64,000 bases of DNA from the human T2T-CHM13v2.0 reference genome, Homo sapiens. A program made the position numbers and the translations under genes. This document shows, piece by piece, positions 1-13,330 of this stretch. The stretch is from NCBI RefSeq assembly GCF_009914755.1, contig NC_060926.1; one strand, given 5' to 3'. Position 1 is the first letter of the stretch; each line of letters opens with the position of its first letter. The notes below the pieces were generated by a model. It worked only from the letters and a program-made list of their open reading frames with translations. It searched no databases and was not told the origin of the DNA.

Positions 1-350
1 GTGGTTCATTACTGTGTAACTAACCACCTCAAAACTTAATGGCTTAATAAAACAATAACATATTTGCTCCTGTTTGTTTTTTTGGCAGTTTGGGTCCTGC
101 TCAGCTGGAGCAGCTCAACTCTGCTCCATGTGGTGTTGGCTTCTTCTAGGTCTCTCTATGGTCTCTCATCCTCCAGGATGCTAGCCTGGACTTGTTTGCA
201 TGTGGCAGCAGTATTCCAAGAGGCTCAGAGTGAAGTGGCAAGGCTATTTTAGGCCTAGAATTTGCCAATTGAACTTTAAGTCACAAGCCACCTAGATTCA
301 AGGGTTTGGAAAATCAACCATATTTCTATACAGGAGAAGCTATGAATAGT
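1..350 (-). mobile_element. MLT1-family (MaLR) LTR remnant
   Basis: 'tgtgtaactaaccacctcaaaacttaatggctt' resembles the reverse-strand 3' end of MLT1 LTRs; boundaries approximate. Confidence 0.55.
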
Positions 351-629
351 TTGTTATTTTTAATTTAATATAATAACAAATGAAGATAAAACTCCTAAAT
401 TGTTTTTAGTCAATAAGAATAAATGGTGTAAACATCTTAATTTATTCCAATTTAATCTATGAAGTTAGTATGATTAATAAAATAATGGTTGATTGTTTTG
501 TTTCTTTGATACTTAAATCGATTTTAAACCTCCGATATGAAGACATATAAGAGTAGGAATAACTAATAATTATAAAAATAGAAATAAATAATGATAAATA
601 CAAATGATAATTAAGAATACTGTTTCTAT

Positions 630-1590
<961 letters not shown>

Positions 1591-1592
1591 AT

Positions 1593-1893
1593 AGCCAGGT
1601 GCAGTGACTCACACCTGTAATCCCAGCACTTTGGGAACCCGAGCTTAAGCAGATTGCTTGAGCCCCAGAGTTTAGTGAACAGTCTGGGAAACGTGGCAAA
1701 ACCACATCTCTACAAAAATTGAAAAAGAAAAAGAAATACAAAAATTAGCTGGGCGAGGTGGTGCGAGCCCCTGTAATCTTAGCTACTCAGGAGGCTGAGA
1801 TGGGACAATCACCTGAGTCCAAGAAGTCGAGGCTGCAGTGAGTGGAGATCACTGGGCGTAGGAGTGAGACTATTTCTCAAAACAAACAAACAA
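1593..1893 (+). mobile_element. AluJ, diverged, small deletion in right arm
   Basis: J diagnostics 'gattgcttgagccc' and 'gtcgaggctgcagtgag'; (CAAA)n tail. Confidence 0.9.
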
Positions 1894-1929
1894 CCCAAGG
1901 TATCCAATAATGATAAAAGTACTCTTTAT

Positions 1930-2260
1930 TTCTTAATTCTGCTTCCTTTTTTAAAAACTTATTCTCAGATGCTCTCTACTAGTTAGAACCTATCAGTTCC
2001 ACACTTACATCCTACTCTAAAAACATTGGTGGAAACAAAACATCTTTTTTTCTAATTATATTAGCAAAAGTCCTAATCATGATTATCACTGGACCAGGGT
2101 GGTCATGTGACCACTGCTGCTATAATTGCTGTGTTAATGTGGTGGAACCCTTATGGAACTATTGCGACTCCAATGTTATCCAAGCCACATGGAGACCTGT
2201 AGAATGAGATTGTTTCCAAGAAAAATGAAGTCTTCGTTACAGATGAAGTTTCAGGCTTCT
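1930..2260 (-). mobile_element. MLT1J/K-like LTR remnant
   Basis: 'agcaaaagtcc...actggaccagggtggtcatgtgaccact' resembles old MLT1 consensus. Confidence 0.4.
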
Positions 2261-2379
2261 CTGAGAAAAATATTAAGGCTAGTTGAGTCCTCTTGTTTTC
2301 CTGCAAAGAGGACTGGTCCACTGAATTCACCACAGCACTCAAACCATGTTGCACAAAGAGACAGGATAACAGGAAGGAA

Positions 2380-2590
2380 AGAGTAGCACTGGAGTTATGC
2401 TCGCAAACTGCTCTATCCTAGATTACTGCTGACTTGGGACAAGTCTGTTATTTCGTTTGATCTCAGGTTTCCCCACTTGTTTAAAATGGAGATAATGATA
2501 TGTATCTCATAGCATCACTGAATGAAGTTTGAATGGAAATGATTCATATTTCTGGAATCATAGCGTTTGCTTCATATTTGTTATTTCCAC
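2380..2590 (+). mobile_element. MIR
   Basis: Core 'gacttgggacaagtc...tctcaggtttccccacttgtttaaaatggagataat'. Confidence 0.7.
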
Positions 2591-3173
2591 TTCCCATTCC
2601 CCTTACATATGCCTAGTCTGTGCTCTTAAGCGCCCCATGCTATTCTGACCTTTTTCTTAACTTGGAGTGCTTGCTGACATGCTCGCTTTCCATTTTCTAT
2701 CCCAGCAGTTGTTTTTATTGGAAATACTTTTGAATTTTTATTTTCCAAAATAAAAGTTCATGCCACACCAGGCAACTTCACCGTGGACAGCCTCTGTACT
2801 CTGTACAAAGGATAATGAACAAAGAATTCCTGAGACCAGATCCATAGATACCTGAGAGAGTTGAGCCCCTGTGGCTGACAGTGTATTAGGTCAGTATTGA
2901 CTGTGACCCATGTTGAATGGGTAGATAGCAGTTGAGATTTAATATTGTCCTTTGCAAATGACCTGTGGTAGCCATAATCCTGAAAACAATAGTGGACAAA
3001 TCTGATGACTATCCTCCTAGTGGATGAAGGCAAAGTATCCTGAATTTAGGGGTTATCTGGCTACAGAAGTCCAAGGGGTCCGAGAAGAGATGTGCTGGCC
3101 CAACTAATGAGTACTAATGAAGAAAGGGGCTGAGATTTAACTACAAACTGTTTTGGAATATGCAATTGATTAT

Positions 3174-3659
3174 TGTAACAACACAGAAACCCCGTAAACA
3201 TATTTTCATTAAGTATAGAGAACGGAAGTCAACATCTTTTCTGTTATCATGCTAACCAATTCTAGGAGAAAGCATATTTTCATGCTTTTGTGCTAAAGTA
3301 GTCTGGATCAGGCAACAATAATTTAGCTGCTTGTTCCAAGAAATTCTTGTTCTTGTGAACCAACTAAACAGCTTAGTTAATAGTTTTCCTCATTAAGAAT
3401 CACTTGTAAGAACCTCACTTCACTTCACTGCAACCATTAATTCAAAGTTACTAGGTCATATGCTTTGCTTTCTTAAACGGTTTCCTGCCTTACAAGTCTT
3501 ACCTTAAAATCACCCAGCCCAGCCCATGCACCCTGTAAAGACCAGTTTCCAGTTATCCCATTTTGAGATATTATTGGGAATCAGTGAAGGTGATGGTCTC
3601 TTCTGTGGCATAATTTTGCTTGAACAAAGATTTTGCTGGAAGTCTCTTGGGAAGTGACA
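3174..3659 (+). mobile_element. MER67-like solo LTR (ERV1)
   Basis: TG...CA termini, flanking direct repeat ATTAT (3169-3173 / 3660-3664), internal 'accttaaaatcacccagcccag...cccattttgaga'. Confidence 0.75.
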
Positions 3660-3779
3660 ATTATTATCAATAAATACATAGTGGGCAATATGTCAGAAGA
3701 AACCAGATGTTAAAATCAAGGTTGGCAGTTAACTTTCCGATGGCTGCTACACGTCATTACGTTTACTTAAATGATAATA

Positions 3780-3950
3780 CTTTTTAAAGCCACAGTCATT
3801 TGATACGCTCTTTTCTATCTATGAATGAAGAAATTGACATCCAAGGATGTTAAGAGTCGTCAACATTGATACATGTTAAAAGAAATTAAATTAAAGAGAA
3901 AGCCAGAACTAGAATGATTTCCCAACAGTTCAACTTAGTTATTCTATTAA
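3780..3950 (-). mobile_element. MIR
   Basis: 'atgaagaaattgacatccaaggatgttaag...agccagaactagaa'. Confidence 0.5.
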
Positions 3951-3985
3951 AATAATGCCTATCTCTGAAGATCCCTTTATCTAGC

Positions 3986-4031
<46 letters not shown>

Positions 4032-4053
4032 GTCTGTCTGTCTGTATGTATAT
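3986..4053. repeat. Compound microsatellite (TCTA)11-(TCTG)n-(TATG)n
   Basis: Read directly. Confidence 0.95.
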
Positions 4054-4219
4054 ATTTTCATAGTATAAACACATTTTAAAGTATAAGTCTCCAAATTATG
4101 CTATGAAATTATGAAATTGTATATGTTGTTTGAAGCACTTTTAAAATGGTACAACAGATAAAAATGTTACCAAAATACAATCCATTTATTTTAGGGATTT
4201 GGGTACAATTCTGGAGTGC

Positions 4220-4850
4220 AATTTTCCAAACTTACAAAAAGAATGACTTAGAATTCATATTAAAATTATAAATGTGTGGCTCCTCTTTGATCTACTGAAT
4301 ATTTTTATAAGAGGTGCCTAAGAATTTGCTGTTTTATCAACTTGTCAGATTTTTTAAAATCTAAGGTAAGTGTGGGAAATGACGTATTCTAGGACTTTGG
4401 CTCACATATGTAGTTGCTCTTTTGAATCACCTGAGAAGCGTTTAAAATATACCAATGCCTGGCCATACCCTAGACCAATTAAAATATTTTTGGGAGAGAA
4501 CCAAGCATGTATTTGTTGATATTGTACCAAGTTATGCTAATGTGCATAGGGCTGAGACCCAGCATATCAAACCAGAGCTTCTCATTTATGTACATACATA
4601 TCTTAGTAAAACACACATCCTATTTCAGTGGATCTGCAGTGGGGTCTGAGATTCTGAATTTCTAACAAATTCCCAGGTGAGGCTGATGCTGCTTTTTGCA
4701 GACCATACAAAGGGTGTAGCAAGCAATTAGAACAATGATTCTCTAAGTTATGGTCTCTAGACCAGCAGCATCAGCATCCCCTGGGAACTTGTGAAAATAG
4801 AAGTCCCTGGGCCCCCACCCTAACCTATGCAATCAGAACCTCCAGGTCTC
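4220..4850. mobile_element. Cluster of about four adjacent MER5A/MER5B (hAT-Charlie) MITEs
   Basis: Repeated motifs 'gaatcacctgag', 'gaatttctaacaaattcccaggtgaggctgatgctgct', 'ccagcagcatcagcatcccctgggaacttg'. Confidence 0.7.
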
Positions 4851-5049
4851 TGGCCTTGCCTTTATGACACCCCCCTCCCGCATGCCCTCATAGCAACAGA
4901 AGATTCACTGTCATTTATTTGACACAATGAGCTTCCACCAATAATTTTGTTTGAGTAAGAAGTTCTGAGAATAACAATTAATATATAAAATTAGTTATGT
5001 TGGTAGATAATTGAAAACCTCACATTTACAGGAAAATTATGAATTTGTA

Positions 5050-5215
5050 ATCAGAAAACCAAATTTAAAATTGTAGCTCAATTTCCTCTTAGTTTTGTGA
5101 ACTTGGGTGAATCATGTAACCCTGAGCTTCAGATTTTTAACTAAAAAAAAAAAAATGTTAAAATGAGCACTTTCCTTACCCATTTTACATGTTAGCTGTG
5201 AGGAACCAAGATGTT
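5050..5215 (+). mobile_element. MIR
   Basis: 'tgtgaacttgggtgaatcatgtaaccctgagcttcagatttt'. Confidence 0.6.
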
Positions 5216-5504
5216 ATTATTATAGATAGCAGAAATATGTACCTGGTGATGATGAATGAGGTGGATAAAGAAATATAAATCTTAAACTTGGTTCCGGCTG
5301 CACAGAATGTTTAAATTATTAGTGAAGTAACAAACACTAAGAAAGCAAAAAGTTGTCAGAAAGATCAAAAGAAAGGATAGTAACATTTACTGAAGACTCA
5401 TTTGGTGCTTTAAATATGACATTTCATTTTTCTACCATACTAATAAATTCCAAGTGAGGAAATTAAGATAGCACAGAAAATAAAGTTAATAACCTTTGGA
5501 GCCA

Positions 5505-5700
5505 CATTAAAGGGCTTTTGCATCAGAAGACCTAAGTTTGAGTGATACTCTGTTGCTGGCTATGGACCATTGATTAAAACTCTCTTACTCAATATGTCTT
5601 CAGCAGCATAGAAATAACATGTGCCCTATAAGATACTTGGTATCCAGAAATTTAAAAACGATGAGAAATTGCTCTAAAAATGTCAAAGATTTTAACTATG
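5505..5700 (+). mobile_element. MIR
   Basis: 'gcatcagaagacctaagtttgagt'. Confidence 0.5.
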
Positions 5701-6397
5701 TAACTCATTATGTAAAATAACACATAAGATGTATAGACTTTAATAATTTTAACATTTTGCTAAATTTGCTTCAATTTCTCTGAATTATACATATAGCAAA
5801 GGTATACTGAATGGTAGAATATTTACACATATTCAAACTTTATTTCCATTTAAGTTATTTTTTATCAATGTTATCTATTCAATAAATGTTTAGGGGATTG
5901 AGTACAATCGTTGAATTTTGTCTCATTGCTATGTCATTTTCATTTTACAGAAGGGAATTCATCTACCTAGTGCTGATTTTATTGGTAACTTTTATGTTTC
6001 TATCATATTTTATATATCTTGAGTTTCATTTTACTGGCCTTTGAGGGAAGACTCTCTACTTCTCTCTCCATCTGCTTTTCATGCTTTTGGGGTTTTGCAG
6101 TTTTTTCCACCCAGCATCCCGAGGCTCCCAGTTGAGAACTGAGAGTCATGTGTATGGCTCAGTTCCTACTCCATGTTGGCTCTGCTGCTGTTACTAACGC
6201 AGTGGCCAAGCCTGCATTTGTGCCTCTGTCCTTTTTCAGCTTTTTTATCTTGATAACAAAAGGTCCTTTATCATGTCTTGCTTTTAACACAACAATCCTG
6301 TCTCCGTTTTTTCACCTTTTCTGGGGAGCTTTTTCCTTGTAATGCCATCTGACTCAAATTCTCAACTGTTCCTTCCTGCTTAGAAATCTAGAGCCCA

Positions 6398-7028
6398 TTT
6401 CACCACAGCCTCACCAGCATTGTGGAAGACAGTGTGGCGATTCCTCAAGGATCTACAACTAGAAATACCATTTGACCCAGCAATCCCATTACTGGATATA
6501 TACCCAAAGGATTATAAATCATTCTACTGTAAAGACACATTCACACGTATATTTATTGCAGCACTACAATAGCAAAGACTTGAAACCAACCTAAATGCCC
6601 ATCGATGATAGACTGGATAAAGAAAATGTGGCACGTATACACCATGGAATACTATGCAGCCATATACAAGAATGAGATCATGTCCTTTGCAGGGGCATGG
6701 ATGAAGCTGGAAGCCATCACCCTCAACAAACTAATACAGGAAGAGAAAACCAAACACTGTGTGTTCTCACTCATAAGTGGGAGTTGAACAATGAGAACAC
6801 ATGGATACAGGGAGGGAAACATCACATACTGGGGCCTGTTGGGGAAGGGCAGGTGGCAAGGGATGGGAGTGCATTAAGACAAATACTTAATGCATGTGGG
6901 GCTTAAAACCTAGATGACAGATTGATAGGTGCAGCAAACCACCATGGCACATGTATACCTATGTAACAAACCTGGACATTATGCACGTGTATCCCAGAAG
7001 TTAGTATAATAAAATTAAAAAAGAAAAA
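6398..7028 (+). mobile_element. 5'-truncated L1PA8/L1PA10-like element with a 23-nt 5' inversion
   Basis: ORF2 C-terminus ([16 protein letters not shown]) plus 3'UTR; perfect 16-bp TSD agaaatctagagccca at 6382-6397 and 7029-7044. Confidence 0.92.
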
Positions 7029-8240
7029 AGAAATCTAGAGCCCAGAGAGAGTGGCTTCAGTTCTGCTGTTTTGTTTTCTAGTTGTCAGGTATTTGATTTT
7101 ATACATGGCTAGATCTTTTTAAATGTGTCTTTTATCTATTATATTTTCAGTGAAGAAGAATTGCCTCAGATTATAACTTTTAATGCCAGCTTAATCAGAA
7201 CTCTGGTATGGAATTTATGATCTGAATGTTAGAGATATCCAGATCCAAGTGAAGAAAGACTCATGAAAAAGGTCTTCCTGATAGTACCCAAGTAGACAAA
7301 ATCAGATCATTATGTTAATTATGAATGATCACATTAATGCCTGCATTTGTGCCCTGCATGTACTGAAGCATTACATGCCCAGCCTCAGTGAGGCAGAGGA
7401 TGACCCTGTCTTTCCCTCTTCTTTTATTGTTTGCCACTTCATTACTTTCCTTATCTGTTGGACCCTGGGGAAGTGAGCTTGTTTGGTCTTCACAGTGCCT
7501 TTAAATTGGCCATTTTTCAGTTGAATTTTCCCCCAGCTGGCTGTGACGGAATCAGATCAACCTTTTGCAACTTGATGGATTGTTCTATGTTCTGTCATCG
7601 AGAAGGCTGAAAAAAAGAGTGACAGCAAAGTTGACAATCTGTAGGCTTTTCCTAAAGATATGTTCACTTACTGTATTCCCTGTCTGTAAAAACTTACTCT
7701 CACTAAGGTATACAATACTTTAAAAACATCAATTAAAAGCACTAAGAGTTTTGATCATCTTTTCAATTTAATGGGTTTAACTTTTAGACAATAATTAGGT
7801 AAAATTACATTGTCATATTACCTCCTGGTTTTGTATCCATGGAGACACAGAACTCTTCACCAGTGGAAAGTTATCCTAAATAATATGCCAAGGTGGCTCT
7901 AGCATGAAAAATTCCATTTAAAAAAAAAAACTAAATGGTTTATTCTGAGCATTATTGCTAAGTTTCTGGTAATATCTTTGTGAAAGTTCAAAATATAGAT
8001 AGATTTATAATTTCTAAGGGTATTAAAATGATCTAAAAGAGGTTATAAATCATTACAATACAGTTTATCCAAACAAATAGAATATGTTTAAATAAAAGTA
8101 AATATAAAGAACTGTGTTTTTTTTCCTAAGGATGCACTTTTCTTTTAAATTGTCAACTTGAAAAAATAACTGTCAATTAGGTAAGTGGCAGGTTAATCGG
8201 TGTATAGATTAACAGTGATTAAAAATAGTAATTGCATGTT

Positions 8241-8678
8241 TTGATTGATTGATTGATTGAGATGGAGTTTTGCTCTGTTGCCCAGGCTGGAGTGCAGTGA
8301 TGTGATCTTGGCTCACTGCAACCTCCTCCCAGGTTCAAGCAATTCTTGTGCCTCAGCCTCCTGAGTAGCTGGGATTACAGGCATGCACCACCACACCTGG
8401 CTAATTTTTGTATTTTAAGTAGAGACAGGGTTTCATCATGTTGGTCAGGCTGGTCTTGATCTCCCGACCTCAGGTGATCCACCTGCCTCAGCCTCCCAAA
8501 TAGCTGGAATAACAGGTGGGTGCCACCACTCCCAGCCAACTCTTTTTTTTTTTTTTTAAGTAGAAAGGGGGTTTCACCATGTTGGTCAGGTTGGTCTTGA
8601 ACTCCTGACCTCAAGTGATCTGCTTGCCTCGGCATCCCAAATTGCTGGAATTACAGGAGTGAGCCACCATGCCCAGCC
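8241..8678 (-). mobile_element. Trimeric AluS (left arm, hybrid arm, right arm)
   Basis: Two left-arm 3' halves, two A-linkers, one complete right arm, (TCAA)n tail. Confidence 0.88.
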
Positions 8679-9949
8679 ACATGTTATATTTTAAAAAGGA
8701 ATGAAGTATTAAATTTGACTTTTTTCTTAAGACTATTGGTGAAGACCAGATCTTTAATGAAGGGGTGATCAAGAGATTGTTAAGCCAGCTTTGCAACTCT
8801 TATTTCATTCTGCTTCTAGATAGATTCCAGCAATAAGAAATTCTTTGGAAAGTACAATCAATATGCTGTGTGCTTCCAGGGATGATGGGGCTGGAGTTCT
8901 TTTCTCCTCACTTCCAGCCAGTTAAATTTGGGCTTTTATCTGACTCACTTCTGAAATAGCTCCTGATTACAGAGAGGAAGAAATGAGCCAGAATGATGTC
9001 AATTTGTTCTCTGAAGACATGAGCTAGCATCCTGTTTTTCCTGGTTTGAGCACTGTCCAAATAAAAGGGTTTTATCTTAGAAGTCACCGGACTCAAGAAG
9101 AGTATGTGGAGGAGTGAATCTTCTCCAAAAGAGAGTTTCCTGAGCCTGTAGTGAAGGGGTTGTCACACACCATCACCTGAAGTGGGCATCACTCATGCCC
9201 GGTAACCACAAGAAATAATAATGTCTTTGTAATGGTAGGGGGGTTGAAGATCCCACAAAAACCTCCCATGAGTGAAAGCATTGGAACCACTTGCTATCCT
9301 AATTATACCAATTCCACATTACAGCTCTACCAGTGAAATCGTTTCTAAACTTAACTCCCTCTCCACCTCTTACCTAATTTTGAAAAAGCGAAATTCAGTA
9401 GAGTGAGGAAAGCTTTATGAGGAGTGCAAATAGATAGAAAGAGACGGAAGGACTGAAAGATACCTAATATTCATGAAGCACTTGGATATTAAGTATTTAT
9501 GATACATACTAGATACTACATAGACAAGAGGCACTCAATGTTCAGAATATTCCAACTATAAGTGAGATATAAGAAGCACTGAAATTCATGAGGCCTTAAT
9601 TTTGTCACTCAGTGGCGACACCCATTCTGGACCCATATGTCTTCTGTCCAAGCTGTTCATTAAGCTACAGCTATGGTCAAGCACACTTAAGAGTGTCATT
9701 GGTCCTGGCCATCTTCTGTCTGTAGTTTCCTTTGCTTGAACCTCAACTCTGGTCTGATAAAAATGTCATCAATGAGAAAGGTGATGTGGCTGAGAGACAG
9801 ACAGAACATAGGACTATTGAAAACACAGGATTCAGGTAGCGTGTGGCCCTCCCAACCCACCTGTAGCCTGTCCTAAGTATATTCACTTACCCATCTCTTT
9901 CATGCTGCTTATCCTTGTGTTCTTTAAATAGATTTTAACACACCATGTT

Positions 9950-10601
<652 letters not shown>

Positions 10602-10609
10602 TTATTAAT

Positions 10610-11030
10610 ACATATTTTAGACTTAAAAAACAATCGTGAAAATAATACAGAGCCTTCCCAAGAATTCTTCACTTAGCTTATACTAATGTTATCATCTTAC
10701 ACAGTCCAATTGTCAAAACTTAGAAATTAGCATTGGTGCACTGTTAACTATAAACTTGATTCACATGTTACCAAATTTCTATTAATGTTCTTTTTTTCCA
10801 GTTCAGAATCCAATCCAGGAAACCACATTGCATTAATTGTTGCATGTCTTCATATTCTTCTAAGGAGCTGGTGACAGTTCCTGAGTATTTTCTTGTCTTT
10901 CATAACCTTGACGTTTCGAAGAATGCTTTTCAGATATTTTGTAGACTATCTCTTGATTTGTGTGTGTCTGATGTTTTCCTGTAATTAGACTGAGGGCATA
11001 CATTTTTGGTGATGTGCCACTTCTAATGTA
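10610..11030 (-). mobile_element. L1MC4/5-like 3'UTR
   Basis: 'aatccaatccaggaaaccacattgcatt...cagatattttgtagactatctc'. Confidence 0.7.
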
Positions 11031-11049
11031 CCATATTTGATGATGTATG

Positions 11050-12296
11050 ATATCAATTTCTTAGTGCTATTTATCGCTCATATGCATCAGAGTTATCTTA
11101 AATTACCTAACAGATATTTGCTACATCTGTGTCATATATGTGAATCTGGCTGTGATGATTGTTTTTTGTCTCAGGAGTCCATTGCTTTTTCTAGCCATAT
11201 GTACTTTAATTTTATTACAAAAGGCAGATAGCTTGGGTAGCTGAGTTGAGACTTAGGTAGACAGATTTGACCCCTAGAATGGTAACACTCTTTCTTCTAC
11301 TAGGCCTTAGGGCCCAGTTTTGAGTTAATATAATTAGAAATTGAGCTGGGTTTGAAGTTTGTTATTCCTGTGATTACCCTCTGTCTGTCACAGGTATTAA
11401 ATTATCCAGAGGACACTTTGTGTTTAGTAATTTTTTATTCATTTTTTCAGTGTCTTCTCTACCCTCAGCTTTGGGGTTCTCCTTTGTGCTGCACCTCAGC
11501 AAGGGTCTGTCTCTGGCCAGTTACCTGTGAGGGGTTTGCTAGCCTGCTTAAGGGATTGGTGGGCACTGTGGGGAAATTTTCTGTTGTTTGGACCACAGTC
11601 TCAGTCCTAAATAAGCACCATATCTATGGGTCTTGAGGACATAGTCTTTTCAGTCTTCCCTCCCTTACAATTCTGAGTCTAGAAACTATTTTAGATCTTC
11701 CCCCAGAATTATAGAGACTTTTCCTGGTCATTTCCCCAGCTGCGATAGTTATAAACTGATAACCCCAGCTTCATAGTGTTTACTTTCTCCCTCCAAAGAT
11801 TCATATTTTTGTTTCATACAGGAAACATAAGTTGCAGTTTCTACCTTAGTTTTCCCCCTCTCTTGAATCAGCTTCTATTTCCTCCTCCAGTTTTGGAACA
11901 TGAGAGAGAATGTCTGATGACTCTCCTAATCTTTTCTAGGAACATCTTATGGTGTTTGTGGGGAAACAAGAGTCTGCAAGAGGATATATACCCCCAAATA
12001 TTTGCATCTCCCAGGAACTTCACCCTCTCGCGGAGAATAATCAGCTGGCCTCCCCCAAGTCACCACATCTCTAGGTAAATATTTCTGACCTGCATCTTTA
12101 CCAGGTAAGCCAAGGCACCTGCCTCTTCTGCCCCTAAAGACACATGACTTCCTTCTAACGCTGGGTTAGTTGGTTGCTCTGAAACCTCAGTATGTTCAAG
12201 AGAAGTTGTGAACAAGTGGCTTGCTTGGCTATTTCTTGAAAGTTTGGAAGCAGTGTTCTTTCTACCTTTTTGTATCTGCAGATGGAAACCAAAAGT
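11050..12296 (-). mobile_element. Ancient L1M 5'UTR remnant
   Basis: Ends in 'gatggaaaccaaaagt', the reverse complement of an L1M-type 5' terminus ACTT..GGTTTCC. Confidence 0.5.
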
Positions 12297-12389
12297 TTAA
12301 ATCACTGCCTTTACCCTCCTCAGACATAGATTTAAAGACGTTTTGCAATAGGAAACTTGGGTAGAGCAAGGATGAAACACTAAACTTTA

Positions 12390-13330
12390 AATTGTGTGGT
12401 ATAGTAATAAGAACATATGACCTGAAGTCAGAAAACTTTGAGTTCAAATTTTCTTCCACATCACTTTCTTTTTTGAAATCTTGGTCAAATTTGGATCCAG
12501 GGTTGTCATTGATTACAAAGATGTACAATGATTACAAAGATGTAAGCTTCACACTGTCATTTCCACTAGTAATTACCAAATAAATGGCCTTTTTGGGGAG
12601 CAAGCAAATAATATTTTGGGTGAGTGGATGAATAAGGGAACCTGCCCCTTCCACCCTCAGTTGGAAGACTTCTGCATTTATCAGCTATGTGGTTACGACT
12701 TACCAGTAAGCTCCAACTTGAAGAAAGAATGCCTAGGAAAATGAAAACCAGTTGTATGGATGTAAAATATAAAATGTATACTGATTAAATGCTATTTTGT
12801 TTTAGATTTTTAAGAGAATTTAGCCTCATGTGGTCTTAACAAGGAAAGGCAAACCTAGGAACTTGAGTTTGTAGTAATGGAAATCTGAACAGAACTTTAA
12901 GGTTATCAAAGGAAAATGGAAGAAACAAGATTGAAAGCAAAGTTAGGAAGAGGTTGAAAATAGATGAATAACGTTGGTCTGGTAATTCTGAAGAGGATAG
13001 GACTTGGACTGAGAGGAGAAGTTTGAGAGATGCTTCTGCCACTTATATATTGGGTGGCCTTTAGTAAATTAATCTTTTGGAGGTAAGAATTCTCATTTTG
13101 AAAAAGTCATTGTAATCAGGTTCTTCTCTTTCATCTACTCTTTCAGCCTCTGTGCTGAATCCACCCATTACCATTTGCTGTTTCTTTGAACACAGATGCT
13201 TGTCTACATTTCCTGCCGATGTTCTCATTGCTCTAACTACCCAGAGTCAGGAACTAGATCTTTCTTATCGCTCCAGAATTTAGTACAGTCACACACAGAA
13301 GAGCGTAGATACTCAGGAATGTTTTTTAAT
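12390..13330 (+). mobile_element. Two MIR fragments (about 12390-12600 and 12980-13130) and an L2 3' end (about 13180-13330)
   Basis: 'gaagtcagaaaactttgagttcaaatt', 'ctgccacttatatattgggtggcctttagtaaatt', 'tagatactcaggaatgttt'. Confidence 0.5.

Noticed and set aside
2758-3100. 91-aa minus ORF and a faint ERVL protease-like 'TWVTV...ATGAQ' resemblance
   Set aside because: The motifs lie in different frames, the catalytic Asp is absent and similarity is too weak to call by eye
8908-9096. 62-aa ORF in unique sequence
   Set aside because: No recognisable domain or convincing splice context
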